Positions 49,304 to 61,046 of a stretch of 64,000 nt of DNA are shown piece by piece. Under the pieces are notes generated by a model, which saw only the letters and a program-made list of their open reading frames with translations, had not been told where the DNA came from and searched no databases. The first letter of the stretch is position 1. Every line of letters begins with the position of its first letter. The stretch is from assembly GCF_006345805.1 (NCBI RefSeq), contig NC_043022.1, positions 24,428,001 through 24,492,000 of the forward strand, read 5' to 3'. The translations under genes were made by a program, and so were the position numbers. This DNA is from Octopus sinensis (Eukaryota).

Positions 49304-51403
49304 GGAAGAAATACAGATTTAGAAATGACAGATTTGTGTTACATAGCTAGGCTAACTTGCTGCACTTCCTCCTCTCTCTCTTCGATCTGCAATTAGTGGC
49401 TGTGTTTTAAACACAAAAGCCATCTCCATGAATAAATAAATAGTGCCAAACTGGAGATGTTGATAAATAAGGAAGGAAGGTGGTTGAGTGGGGTGGGGTT
49501 GGGGTAGACACAAGGACAATTCTGAAAGCATAGAAGGGCCAAGAGTAAAGGAAGTGGAAATATTTTCTCTCTGGTTCTATAAACAAGGCAATCATGTGAA
49601 CTGGCATTGTTCAACAACACTATAACCAACTATATAGATCAGGTTTATTTTATTCACTTGGCTGAAGGAATGTCTCTCTCTCTCTCTCTCTCTTCTCTCT
49701 TCTCTCTCTCTTACTTCACAGAAGCATTGGAATGCAGGCAAGGGAGATAACTTGCTAGAGATGGTGGTGGTGCTTTGTGTTTGTGAGCTCATGTGTATGA
49801 GAGAGAGAGAGAGATGAAGAGAGCATCAGGAATTAAACTAGGAAGGGAAAGAAAGCTGTGGTAATTGAAGGGAGGGAGGGTGAAAAGTGAGAAGAACAGC
49901 CAGCCACACTAGACAGATAACTGTGAATGGGTTTTCAACCAACAGCAGTCAAGATTTCTTCCATAGCCAATAACCTTTCTGTAGCTGGCACCATTGTGGT
50001 TGTACTGCTGTTCCACTAGAACTGACAGCAAGCAGCACAGACACAGAGAAGGACAATTTTGTAAACCAAATACAAATTCTCTTATACACACACATACACA
50101 CATATATATACATGGATATTTATGTATTCTTAATATACAATACACACAAACATACATGAAAATTATAAACATGATCACACAGACAAGCACAAACACTTAG
50201 GAATAAATATAGCGACGGAAGTCACATAGGATATGTTTAATAAGCATAAATTTAGTGTCACTGAAAAATGTAGCCCATGGATGAAAAAACCACAAGTGTT
50301 CAGCAACAAGAAAGGAGGATTTGATTAATTCTGTCTTTACTTATGTGAATGTGTGTGTGTGTGTGACTTAGTGGTACAACAAACAAGAGAATTAATTATC
50401 ATGGAATTAATTATCAGACGTAAAAGGATGATCTAATTGACTAAACCTGTTGAAGGCAGTGCTGCAGCATGGCCACAGCCCCATGACTGAGACAAGTAGA
50501 ACACTGATAAAATACAAGTACACACACACTTACGCGCGCGCACATGCATAATGTAATGCTTACACACATAATAGATAAAATATTAGTAATTATTATAATA
50601 TGACATTTAATATTGTATTTGCTATTTACATAGCTGAAACCTGTGTGTGTGTGTGTGTGCATGCACATGTATTAATACACACAGAATCAATTTATGAAAT
50701 ATGCATGGACACACAGACACACAATGTAAATTTCATAATTTGATCTATTCATCTAACAGTGGACATTAATATAACATCAAACCTCGTGTGTATGTGTGTG
50801 AGATTGTGTGTGTGTGTGTGAGATTGTGTGTGTGAGTGTGTGTGTGAGATTGTGTGTGTGAGTGAGAGAGTAATCTCTTTGGAGGAATCAGATTATATAG
50901 ACTCAACCTTTGTGGTTGTTGTAACTTAGCTCTAGTTTAACTTTGACTATCCAGACCTATGATCAAACATGTTCCATGCATGACCATCTCATCTTTTGTA
51001 TATTAGAGACTACATAGATTTCTCATGTGTATTTCTTTTTCTTCTTAAGGCAGCGGGGGTGTAATTTCAGGGAGATTTAGCTACTATTAGTGGCAGGTTA
51101 AACCACCTTGTTGTGGTTCCAGCTCCTCTCCTAACTTACCTTGACCTTTGACATGAGTTGTCCTGGCATCACAGGGTCAACAAGTTAACTGCTTTTGTGA
51201 GTTGGCATAATGAAGGTGTAGGGAGGTGGTGTGGTGCTTCAAGGTGAGGTAAGAGGTGAGGTAATATAATAGATTCATCTGACAGCAACCACCACCACCA
51301 CCACCACTACAAGTCAGCAATCAATGAGGACCCCTCTATGTGTTCACCCTACCTCCCAGAGATAACATCTAAATCTTCCTCAAATCACATCCTATCCTCT
51401 TTA

Positions 51404-51436
<33 letters not shown>

Positions 51437-51575
51437 AACAAGAAGAATGGAGTGAATAAGTCCTTTTATTACATCAATTTACAATTGTTTCCTCAACATT
51501 TGATCTCATGAATCACCAGTTGTATAATATAAGAAATATCCATGAGATTGAATTCAGATGCAAGAATGGTAAACT

Positions 51576-51974
51576 TGTTCTTGTTTGTTTGTTCCTTCTC
51601 GAGCCATGCCTGGCTCATAAGGGCTGGTTTCCCGGTTTCTTGGCGTATAGGTTCCCCGCCTGGACGGAACGCCAGTCCGTCGCAGGTGAGCTGCAAGATG
51701 CAGGAGGAAAGAGTGAGAGAAAGTTGTGGTGAAAGAATCAGCAGAAGTTTCGCCATTACCTTCTGCTGGAGCTGCGTGGAGCTTAGGTGTTTCGCTCATA
51801 AACACACACATTGCCTGGTCTGAGTTTCGAACCCGCGATTCGTCAACCATGAGTCCACTGCTCTCATCATCATCATCATCATTGTTCGACCGTGGTCGAG
51901 ACAATGGAATTTACTATGTTATGCCAGACTTCACGGTCCATCATAGCTCTAACCACTAGGCCATGTGCCTCCAC
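51576..51974 (-). mobile_element. Family B SINE, tail type 2, with 14-bp TSD
   Basis: TSD aagaatggtaaact at 51562-51575 and 51975-51988. Confidence 0.95.
51865..51945 (-). mobile_element. Extremely 5'-truncated RTE-type LINE end inside the SINE head
   Basis: TSD gctct (51860-51864 and 51946-51950). Encodes MMDREVWHNIVNSIVSTTVEQ* (RTE-like 'DRxxW' C-terminus) then (GAT)n. Confidence 0.75.
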
Positions 51975-52319
51975 AAGAATGGTAAACTGATATAATAAAA
52001 GGACTTGCTCAATCCTTTCTCCTTGTTTACAACCATAAAAACTCTGCAGATACTTAAGAATTATCAGGCAGGTGTTTGATAAAACTGTCTCCATATTACA
52101 GTCTGTCTGATACCCTGCACCTGGGGATGAGCTTAATAGGGTTAATTCCCTAATGAAGTCATTATATTTGCTCCGGCATGGCCACAGCCTTTGGGCTGAA
52201 ATGTATAAAAGAATAAAAGTACACACATACACACTTGTTTTTCTAAATATATTTTTTCTAAGTTTGAAAGGAGCACATACTCTCTATCACTGCTAGTTCC
52301 ACATGTCTTAATCCTGTCA

Positions 52320-52670
52320 TATAGTTTAAACAACCTTCAATGTATAAATACATTGCAGTTGTTTATCATTTATGCTTTTGCGTTTTAAATGTTTCCCCAT
52401 CTTCCTTATAACTCATCCTTTACACCACTCAGTCTACAGACCGTGTCACTTTTTGCACTTGTTTTATTCCGTCCTTCCTGTACACTCATTTATATCCCAG
52501 CACTGTTTAGCTGTTGACATCACCAAACTGATCGCCTTTATTGATAAGGCGCTGAAACTGTGATGATTTTTAGTTGATAACCGATGAGGGATAAGCCTAT
52601 CTCTATCTTTTGTATGTTTGTTTTTTCGTTTTCCATTTGTCACTTCCTTATCTTTCTGTGCAACATTTTA
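52320..52670 (+). mobile_element. Possible Penelope-like 3' remnant with broken hammerhead-like motifs
   Basis: 'ctgat-cgcctt tattgat aaggcg-ctgaaac' (52528-52558) and 'ccgatgagggataagcc'; T-rich end abutting (TA)n. Confidence 0.35.
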
Positions 52671-52822
52671 CTATATATATATATTTATACATATATATAC
52701 TTACACATACATGATTACATACAAGTACATATATATAATATATATATATATATTATATATATATATATATATACATACACATACATGATTACATACAGTA
52801 CATATATATATATATATATATA

Positions 52823-53363
52823 TATAGTCAATCCAAACATGAACAAGCTGGAAAAAACAACAACGCGAGGGTGTGGAATAAGTACAGTGTTATTGGACGC
52901 TCAGGAAAGGAAAGAAAAGAAAGAGGATTTCACGTTTTGAGCAGAGCTCTTTGTCAGAAATATAGAAAAAGTCCAAAGAAGGGAAGACAGAGAAAGAAAA
53001 ATCGCCAATGATAAACACGTGGTCACTTATTGAAATGACTGGAACGGAATGGGTGAAGAATGTCGGTGTAGGTATTATTGGTGGCGACAAAAAGAGAAAG
53101 GTGGAATTAGAAAGAAGATAGGTAGAAGGTGGATGGGGAAAAGTGGAAGAGTCAGGGACAAATTATGATGATTTCCAATTAAGATTAGAGTGGCATAATC
53201 TGAATGAATGGGACTGTAATTCGCAGGTATAAGAATTCCAGGAACTGGTACTCCAAAGTCAGCCAGAAGGCCAGGGTCCATGTGAGCATGTGGTATATAG
53301 TCAATCCAAACATGAACAAGCAAGAAAAAACAACAACATAAGGACGTGGAATAAGTACAGTGT

Positions 53364-53365
<2 letters not shown>
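52823..53365 (-). mobile_element. Penelope-like element end with ~70-bp terminal direct repeat and decayed hammerhead (52927-52961)
   Basis: 'tatagtcaatccaaacatgaacaagc...gtggaataagtacagtgtta' at 52823-52892 and ~53296-53365; (TA)n on both sides. Confidence 0.7.
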
Positions 53366-53406
<41 letters not shown>

Positions 53407-53459
53407 GCTGGTGCCCCAGCATGGCCACAGCCCATGAGCTGGAACTAGATGAAATGAAA

Positions 53460-53668
53460 TGCATTGCCATGTAAAAAAGCATTGTTGTTAGTGCTGGTGG
53501 CACATTAAAAGGACTCAATACACTCTGTAAACTGATTGATGTTAGACAGGGCAACCCACTGCATAGGAACTAAGCCAAAACAGACTATAGAATCTGGTGT
53601 GGTGCTTGGCTTATCCAGTACCTATCCAACCCATGCCAGGACAGAAAATTGATACTAAATGATGATGC
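53460..53668 (+). mobile_element. Family D retroposon, diverged
   Basis: 'ggtggcacattaaaagg...tccaacccatgccaggacagaaaattgatactaaatgatgatg'. Confidence 0.7.
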
Positions 53669-53693
53669 GCATGTGTGTATATATATATATATA

Positions 53694-54195
53694 TACTGGG
53701 AAAGACTGAAAGTATTAAAACTCTTCTCCCTGGAGCAAAGGCGGGAGAGATATGCAGTGATATACATCTGGAAAATCCTGGAGGGTCTTGTCCCGAATTT
53801 TGCCATTGAAAGTTACCCCAACAGCAGAATGAGGTGCCACTGCATGGTGCCAAAGATCCCGACATCACCATCAAAATACAGGACCAGATACTGCAACAGC
53901 TTAGGTTTCAGGGGACCACAGCTCTTCAATATCCTTACTAAATGCCTGAGAGACCTGCATGGTGTGGATGTGGGTTTCTTTAAAACTAAACTGGATCTCT
54001 TCTTGTCAGGGGTTCCAGATGAACCTACCTCTCGGCAGGAAACACAGATGCGGGCAGCAGTGTCGAAGTCCCTTGTTGATCAAGTGCCACGTATCAGAGG
54101 TGGTTTCACATACTAGTGTAGCTCATTCAACGGTGGTGCCCCAGCATGGCCACAGCTTTCAGCCTGAAACATTTTTAAGGATTAAAGGATATATA
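53694..54195 (+). mobile_element. 5'-truncated CR1-group LINE: open RT C-terminus (stop at 54114-54116) plus 3' UTR
   Basis: YWERLKVLKLFSLEQRRERYAVIYIWKILEGLVPN...RGPQLFNIL...FKTKLDLFLSGVPDEP is the typical CR1-group ORF2 end. Confidence 0.92.
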
Positions 54196-54945
54196 TATAT
54201 ATAGGGGTATGTATGTATATAGGACAGATTAGATAATGTGGTCCAAGATTTAAGTATTCCAGAAAATAATAGATGGTCATGGTTGGAATACTTTTGATCA
54301 TTGGTCTGCTTGGTTAGGAATGGCCCAGTGTTAAACAACAACGACTTTTCAACATGGAAAAGCAGTGCAGACATCAGTATAAATACAGTTGGTCATGTGA
54401 TTAACAAGTAGGAAAAAGGGGGAAAAAAAAAAAAAAAAAAGAAATCTTAAGATGTATATATTTATTACATCAAAATCTCCTGACACAATCAGTTCCTGTA
54501 CCGGCTACCCAGTTACTGTAAACATTCAGAGAAGAATGTACCATGGGTGGAAGGATAATAGGACACCTGGAAATCGAGAAGCTAATTTAAAATAAACAAA
54601 TAAACGAATAAATATGTAAAAGAAAACTGCACAAATGTTAAGCCAACAGCATTAATATCTTAATGATTTCTGCCAATCATCATCATCATCAAAGCTTTCA
54701 CCTGTTATTTTAATTGATATGCGTTAAGACTGGTTTGGGTTTAATAATCTGTTGAGAACAAGGTGTAAAAGCTGGCACTTAAAATCAAATTCCTCACCCT
54801 TTGAGTCAGTCTTCTCTTTATTTCTAACCCCACCACCATTACCAATTAGCATATATATCCTCACATCAAAACAGTTTAATCCAGCAATCTGTCAAAAAAG
54901 ACTCTCCTCTAAACTGCTAGTTACTACAATAGCCTGTGCCACCTA

Positions 54946-55135
54946 AACCCTTTGGCGTTCGGATTACGCTGTCAAATGTAATGTTTATTATTTACATTTT
55001 TTAAAATTTTATTATCTTGTAGCTTAGAGATTTCGAAGATGTGACTGTTTGTTTTTAGAATGACATTGCAGGGTAAGTGTGAGATGCTGGATCTGGCCAG
55101 TTTGAACATAAAACAGGGAGAGTATTTTATGTATT
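54946..55135 (+). mobile_element. Family E MITE, right end missing
   Basis: 'aaccctttggcgttcggattacgctgtcaaatg...gatctggccagtttgaacataaaacagg'. Confidence 0.8.
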
Positions 55136-55887
55136 TTATGCTGAAATATCATCCTGTGGGCAGATAAATTTTTTTACAACAAATTGTCCACTTACAAAAA
55201 TACTGTAGTAGATGGCTTTCTATATAATTCACTTATATTTTAAAGTTATGCGTACTTCTGTGTGAATATAACTACTGTTGTTTAACCCTAGGTTAGTACT
55301 TATATAGTTTATCAAGAAGAAAAATGGCTGTTCCAGTTGTGGTCATACCACTGTCTATATTACATAACATGTCTTTCTATTTTAAGACATTAAAATAGAT
55401 GAGATGCAGTGTTTTTAAGCAAGTCAATTCCCTACTACTACTACTACTGCTGCTGCCGCCACCACCACCACCACCACCACTACTACTACTACTACCACCC
55501 AAACTAACATAGTAAAGCTATCTTTTCTCACTCAATATCACCTCCTCTTCTTTCCCTCCATTCAGCATCACTGCTTCATCTCCTCTTCCTCCTCCTCTTG
55601 TACTATGGAAGTAAATGGATTTCCGACAGTTTCCACGATGAGTATTCAGCTGTTCAATCAACTGAATTACCTGCTCATGGAAATTAACATGCAAGTAGTT
55701 GAACTCTCTCCACACACACACATACTCAAACATAATTCTCAGACAGAATTGGCATGACAGACTGTGGGTGACAAGGCCAGATATTTGAACTGCAAGTACA
55801 ACCCATCTGACAGGCTTCCTTACAGTTTCTGCATAGTCAGGCTAAAGCCAACTGAGTATGGAGTAGAAGACACTGGCTCCTAAATAC

Positions 55888-56165
55888 CTATTTCTTTATT
55901 ACCCACAAGGGGCTAAACATAGAGGAGACAAACAAGGACAAACAAACAGATTAAGTTGATTACATCGACCACAGTGCATAACTGGTACACACACATACAC
56001 ACAATGGGCTTCTTTCAGTTTCCGTCTACCAGATCCACTCACAAGGCATTGGTCGGCCTGAGGCTATAGTAGAAGACACTTGCCCCAGGTGCTATGCAAT
56101 GGGACTGAACCTGGAACCATGTGGTTGGTAAGCAAGCTACTTACCACACAGCCACTCCTGCGCCT
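55888..56165 (-). mobile_element. Family C 3' part adjoining a family A 5' half
   Basis: C1 tail 55888-55988; A head 55995-56165. Confidence 0.82.
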
Positions 56166-56397
56166 ACATAAATTCTGCATAAATCTCAAGTTTGAAATAA
56201 TATTTATATTCCTTGTCTTGTAACCTCTGGTAAAACAGGCAAACAATTCTCAGAGAAAAGATTTCACAGTAAACAATGCTCATAAGGTTATTTTCTTTTT
56301 TTTTTTGGTTTTTTTTTTTCAACCTTGAGCATTGACATAAAGATTGTTCTGGCTTCCAACACATGAACAGCCAACAAATGTTTCTGTTAATACTTAC

Positions 56398-56407
56398 GTG
56401 ACTGACA
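56398..56407 (-). other. Candidate 10-nt microexon
   Basis: Minus strand caataactttcaaatatttgttttatttctttaAG|TGTCAGTCAC|GTAAGTatt. Confidence 0.3.
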
Positions 56408-56760
56408 CTTAAAGAAATAAAACAAATATTTGAAAGTTATTGATGGAAATTTGTAGCGACAAATGAAATATTGAAATATGGGTTTTGCTAATTTTTTTGA
56501 ACTGAATAGAAAAGCAGTTCCCGTTATTGACACGTAAAGAAATTAATAAAGAAATATTTGAAACGCATGACAGTGAAAATTACACAAAAGAAATCATCTT
56601 TTTAATATGAAAGGAAGACTAATATACAAAAGCTTTTCAGTGAATAGTGTTCCTCTATTATTTATGGAACTGATTCTAAAAGGAATATGGTCTTAATGAA
56701 TTGCAAACATGAAGCAGATTGAAACATTGCTAAGAGCAGAATTGAGCAACTGTCCAAAGA

Positions 56761-57250
56761 AACCCTATTAAGCTCATCCCCAGGTACAGGGTATCAGACA
56801 GACTGTAATATGTATTTCTTTACTATCCACAAGGGGCTAAACACAGAACGGACAAACAAGGACAGACAAATGGATTAAGTTGATTACATCAACCCCTGTG
56901 TGTAACAGGTACTTAATTTATCGACCCCGAAAGGATGAAAGGCAAAGTCGACCTCGGCGGAATTTGAACCCAGAACATAAAAGCAGACGAAATACCGCTA
57001 AGCATTTCGCCCGGCGTACTAACGTTTCTGCCAGCTGTAATATGGAGACAGTTTTATCAAACACATGCCTGAAAATTCATAAGTATCTGCAGAGTTTTTA
57101 AGGCTGTAAAGCAAGGAGAAAGGATTGAGCAAGTCCTTTTATTATATCAGTTTACCATTCTTGCATCTGAATTCAATCTCATGGATATTTTTTATATTAT
57201 ACAACTGGTGATTCATGAGATCAAATGTTGAGGAAACAATTGTAAATCCC
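56761..57250 (-). repeat. Second copy of the 51479-52142 segment, split by a family C SINE
   Basis: See 51479-52142. Confidence 0.9.
56813..57034 (-). mobile_element. Family C SINE, tail type 1, with 10-bp TSD
   Basis: TSD ctgtaatatg at 56803-56812 and 57035-57044. Confidence 0.93.
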
Positions 57251-57747
57251 AAACAGTTGCGATCCACAGCATCGGAATTGAGTGACCATCCATGGAAAGG
57301 GGAGATAATGGAAAGGCAGAACAAGTGGTAAAGTGTACCTGTTACAGCAGGGTTATAAATACTAGAGAACTGATGGAGGCATCTAGTGGGCGTACGGGTC
57401 TGAAATAATGCTACAGAAACATTCAGCATTGAAAAGCAGAATAACAATTTGTATGCAATTCTGACAGTTTTGTTTTGTAACTTTTAAGTAAAATAGACAC
57501 ATTAACAAATAAGCATTCGTGTGTGTGTGTGTGAGTGTGTATGTGTGTGCGTGTGATTGTGTGTGTGCGTGCGTGTGATTGTGTGTGTGTGTTTGCACAC
57601 GGTAAAACTCAGATTAGCAACACTTTGAATCCTCAACTCTGAATCAAAGAATAAACAAGTTGAGAATATTTTTCTTCTTTATTTTGTATGTCCATATCAA
57701 TATATGTTAAGCAGATAATTAAATATAAATATATATGTGTGTGTGTA

Positions 57748-57787
<40 letters not shown>

Positions 57788-57934
57788 TGAGATACGATGT
57801 ATGCATATCTATCTATCTGTCTGTCTATACACACAAACACACACTCACTCAAACCACATATACAGCCACACTATAATAAAGGCAATACCAGAAAATATAA
57901 TTGAGGAAGTAGCAGTGGCGAGTGTGTATATATG

Positions 57935-57981
<47 letters not shown>

Positions 57982-58548
57982 CGAGAGAAAGAGAGAGAGA
58001 GAGAGTGGGGTAGTAAGTGAGAGAGTTGGGTTAAAGGCATTAGGAATCTATCATCAGAGAATATAGAAGCTGTTATTCAAAGAAGCTTCTAGATCATTCC
58101 ATACAGAAAGCTTCAAAGTCTCTGATTCTTTTCCACTTTTTCTTCTCTCTTCACTGATTCGCTTTTTTTCTTTTCTTTTTTTCTTTCTCCTTTTTCCCTT
58201 GAAATAAAGGAAAAGTTGTAGGCTTTTCTTGCTTTTTTTTTTTTTTTAGAAATACATAAAGTAGATAAAATAAAGCTAAGATGACTAAAACCAAATTTGT
58301 AAAGATCAAAGTCAAACTATAAAGAAAAAAACAAGTGTTTCAAAGGCAATCCTTGGTAGAGCCTGGATACACACAAACATACATGGCTATGTGTGAAACC
58401 TGTGGATGGGTATGTGTGTATATTTATATATTTATATATGTATGTGAGCATACACACAAATACATATTTATGTGTGTGTGTGAGCGTGTATGTATTATTT
58501 ATTACACACGCACCTATGTGAAGGTGGTGAAATGTGTGTGTGCATGTG

Positions 58549-58583
<35 letters not shown>

Positions 58584-58802
58584 ATGTATATATAAAATTG
58601 GTATTGTGTGCAGGTACACAAACACAAATATAAACATACACACACAGCTACATATATGTATATACAAGTACATGTATGCACACACGCTCACACGTACACA
58701 CAAAAATTTGCTTACGAATCACATAGTTCCAAGTTCAATCCTACTTTGATATGCCTTTGACTGCAAAGCCTATAGCTGGAAACAATACAGCAGCCAATAT
58801 AT

Positions 58803-58804
58803 GT

Positions 58805-58837
<33 letters not shown>

Positions 58838-59020
58838 GTCATCATTTAACGTCCATGTTTCCATGCTGGCATGGGTTAGACAGTTTGACAGGCACTGGCA
58901 ATCCAGAGGACTGCACCAGGCCTTACTGTCTCTTTTGGTATGGTTTTTATGGCTGGATGGCCTTCCAAGTACCAACAGAGTGGACTGGGTGTTTTTATAT
59001 AGCACCAGCATGGTCTGTTT
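58803..59020 (-). mobile_element. Family D retroposon, diverged
   Basis: (CAT)n 'ttaacgtccatgtttccatgctggcatggg'. Confidence 0.78.
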
Positions 59021-59064
59021 TGGGATGGTTACACATCACACACACACACCATTTTATCATTTCC

Positions 59065-59380
59065 TTGTTTAAGTCATTTGACTGTGGCCATACTGGAGCA
59101 CTGTCTTGAAGGGTTTAGTCCAACAAATTGACCCCAATATTCACTTTATGTATAATTCTGGTACTTATTCTATCAGTTCCTTTTGTCAAGCTACTAAGTT
59201 ACAAGGATATAAACAAACCAACACTGGTAGTCAAGTGATGTGAGACAAGCACAAAGGCACAGACACACGTGCACACATGCTGGGCTTCTTACAATTTCCA
59301 CCTACTAGATTCTCTCAGAAGTCATTGGTTGGCCAGAGCCTTATAGTAGAAGACTCAAGATGCCATGCATTGGAGAACAA
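59065..59380 (-). mobile_element. Family A SINE, diverged
   Basis: Collinear tail and body. Confidence 0.75.
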
Positions 59381-59984
59381 AGCAAGCCTCAGGCCTATTG
59401 AGTCTTAGGGTTAGGGTTCGCCAGCCCTCAATCAAAATCGTCCAACCTATGCTGGCATGGTAGATGGACATTAAAAGATGATGATGATGATGATGGGCCT
59501 GACCACATGACAAAAATAACTGAAATTCAGAGGGACTCAGGGTTCATTTCCTAATTAAACTGACATATAATGTATCAACGAAAATAAATAAATGAAATAA
59601 TTGAATTAGTATAATTAACAAGGGTTGGTTTTATATTAGCCTTTGAAAATTGTAATTAATAGTGACTACTAATGAAATTGTCTCTATGTGAAGCATTGGC
59701 AAGTAGAGTACAATACAAATGTTGTAAATAGTCACAAATTTTTCTCTAACAAAGTAGTTTTGAATCATTTGGAAATTCTTTCGTGTTTACTAGTTTGAGA
59801 AATAATGTAATTATCTCCATAGCTGAATAACAAACCTGGAGATAATGGTCATATCAGCGTTACTATTGCCATCGTGGGATGAAAACCATCAACATTTTCT
59901 AGGCCCATGTCCTTCACTTATCTATATTTTTTCACCCAATGAGTGAGCTCTGGAATGTCTTTTTAAGCCTCATATCTCTCATAT

Positions 59985-60458
59985 CTTCAGATTATTCTAT
60001 CAAACATAATACCTATTGATTCCCATTGATTTGAATTAATCATGCATTATCTCATATCTTCAAGATCTTGATGGTGTAATTACTTAATGTAGAATAACAT
60101 TGTAGGGTAGGTGCAAGAGCCTGGATCTGGTCAGTTTGAACATAAAACAGATTGAATATTTTGGCCGGATATGGCTGGTTTAAATACTAAGGGGTTAACT
60201 TGATGTTTCTGCCAGTCACATATAAAGTGTAACCCTTTAGCATTCAGATTATTCTGTCAAATGTAATGCTTATTTATTAACAATGTTTTGAATTAATTAA
60301 CCATGCATCTCATAATGTCAAGATTTCAATGATGTGACAGTATATTTTTAGAATTACATTGCAAGGCCAGTGTGAGAAACTGGACCTGGCTGGTTTAAAT
60401 ATAAGGCAGGTAGAATATTTGAGGCAGATATGGTTTGTTTAAATGCTAAAAGGATGAA
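59985..60458 (+). mobile_element. Two consecutive family E MITEs (~59985-60198 and 60231-60458)
   Basis: Ends 'tttaaatactaaggggttaa' and 'taaccctttagcattcagatt...tttaaatgctaaaagg'. Confidence 0.82.
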
Positions 60459-60775
60459 GTGAAAGCTTTTAGCTTCATGGGTGGAGGCACACAGTTTTGT
60501 GATCAAGAACTTCACTTTGGGACAGTATGGTTTTGAGTTCAATGCCAGAGTGTGAAACCTTAGGCTGGTGTCTTCTACCAAATCAGGTTAACCAAAGCAC
60601 ATCAAAAAGACTGTTCCGGTTCTTGGATTGTAGATATAACCTTTTCGATACCTGTCCATCTGAAATCATTAGCCACTGAACCTTTTGTTTAAGCACTCGC
60701 AAACATAAAGACAACAAAGATACACACACATACATATACAATGGTCTTCTTTCAGTTGGTTGGCCTGGGGCTATA

Positions 60776-61046
60776 CTTACTTGTACATGTGGCGACATTT
60801 ACCCTGGGCGGGTTGAGTCGGCTTCTTCTACCACCCTCGAGGCATCTCGAACCATGGCAGCCCATGCACGATGGTCCTGCGCCAGTTTACTGGGGATAGT
60901 GAGCCAGTCACGGTTCCATTGGCGCAGGCCGACCACCTGTGGACCTTGATCGTCATAGCCCAGGTCTTCAGCTGCCCGCCCGCGCGTTTCCGCCAGTTGG
61001 GAAGTGGAGTTGGGAGAAGGACATCACGGCTCAGTCCACCCTGGGT
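60776..61046 (-). mobile_element. 5'-truncated RTE-clade LINE 3' end inserted in a family A SINE
   Basis: TPLPNWRKRAGGQLKTWAMTIK / GPQVVGLRQWNRDWLTIPSKLAQDHRAWAAMVRDA...STRPG* (one frameshift). Tail 'gtacaagtaagta'; TSD ctata (60771-60775 and 61047-61051). Confidence 0.88.

Larger units (their letters stand above)
51479..52142 (+). repeat. Unclassified ~250-nt segment, inverted copy of 56761-57250, split by a SINE
   Basis: After removing inserts, 51479-51575 plus 51989-52142 matches the reverse of 56761-57250 with about 8 differences by eye. Confidence 0.9.

Noticed and set aside
51128-51195. Minus-strand donor CAAG|GTAAGT and a DR1-like 'tgtcaaaggtca' motif
   Set aside because: No adequate upstream acceptor, and the candidate exon has stops in all frames. 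A single short nuclear-receptor motif is not significant in 64 kb.
59405-59420. TTAGGGTTAGGG as a telomere-healing scar
   Set aside because: Only about two units at the 5' junction of a truncated D copy; too short to distinguish from chance.
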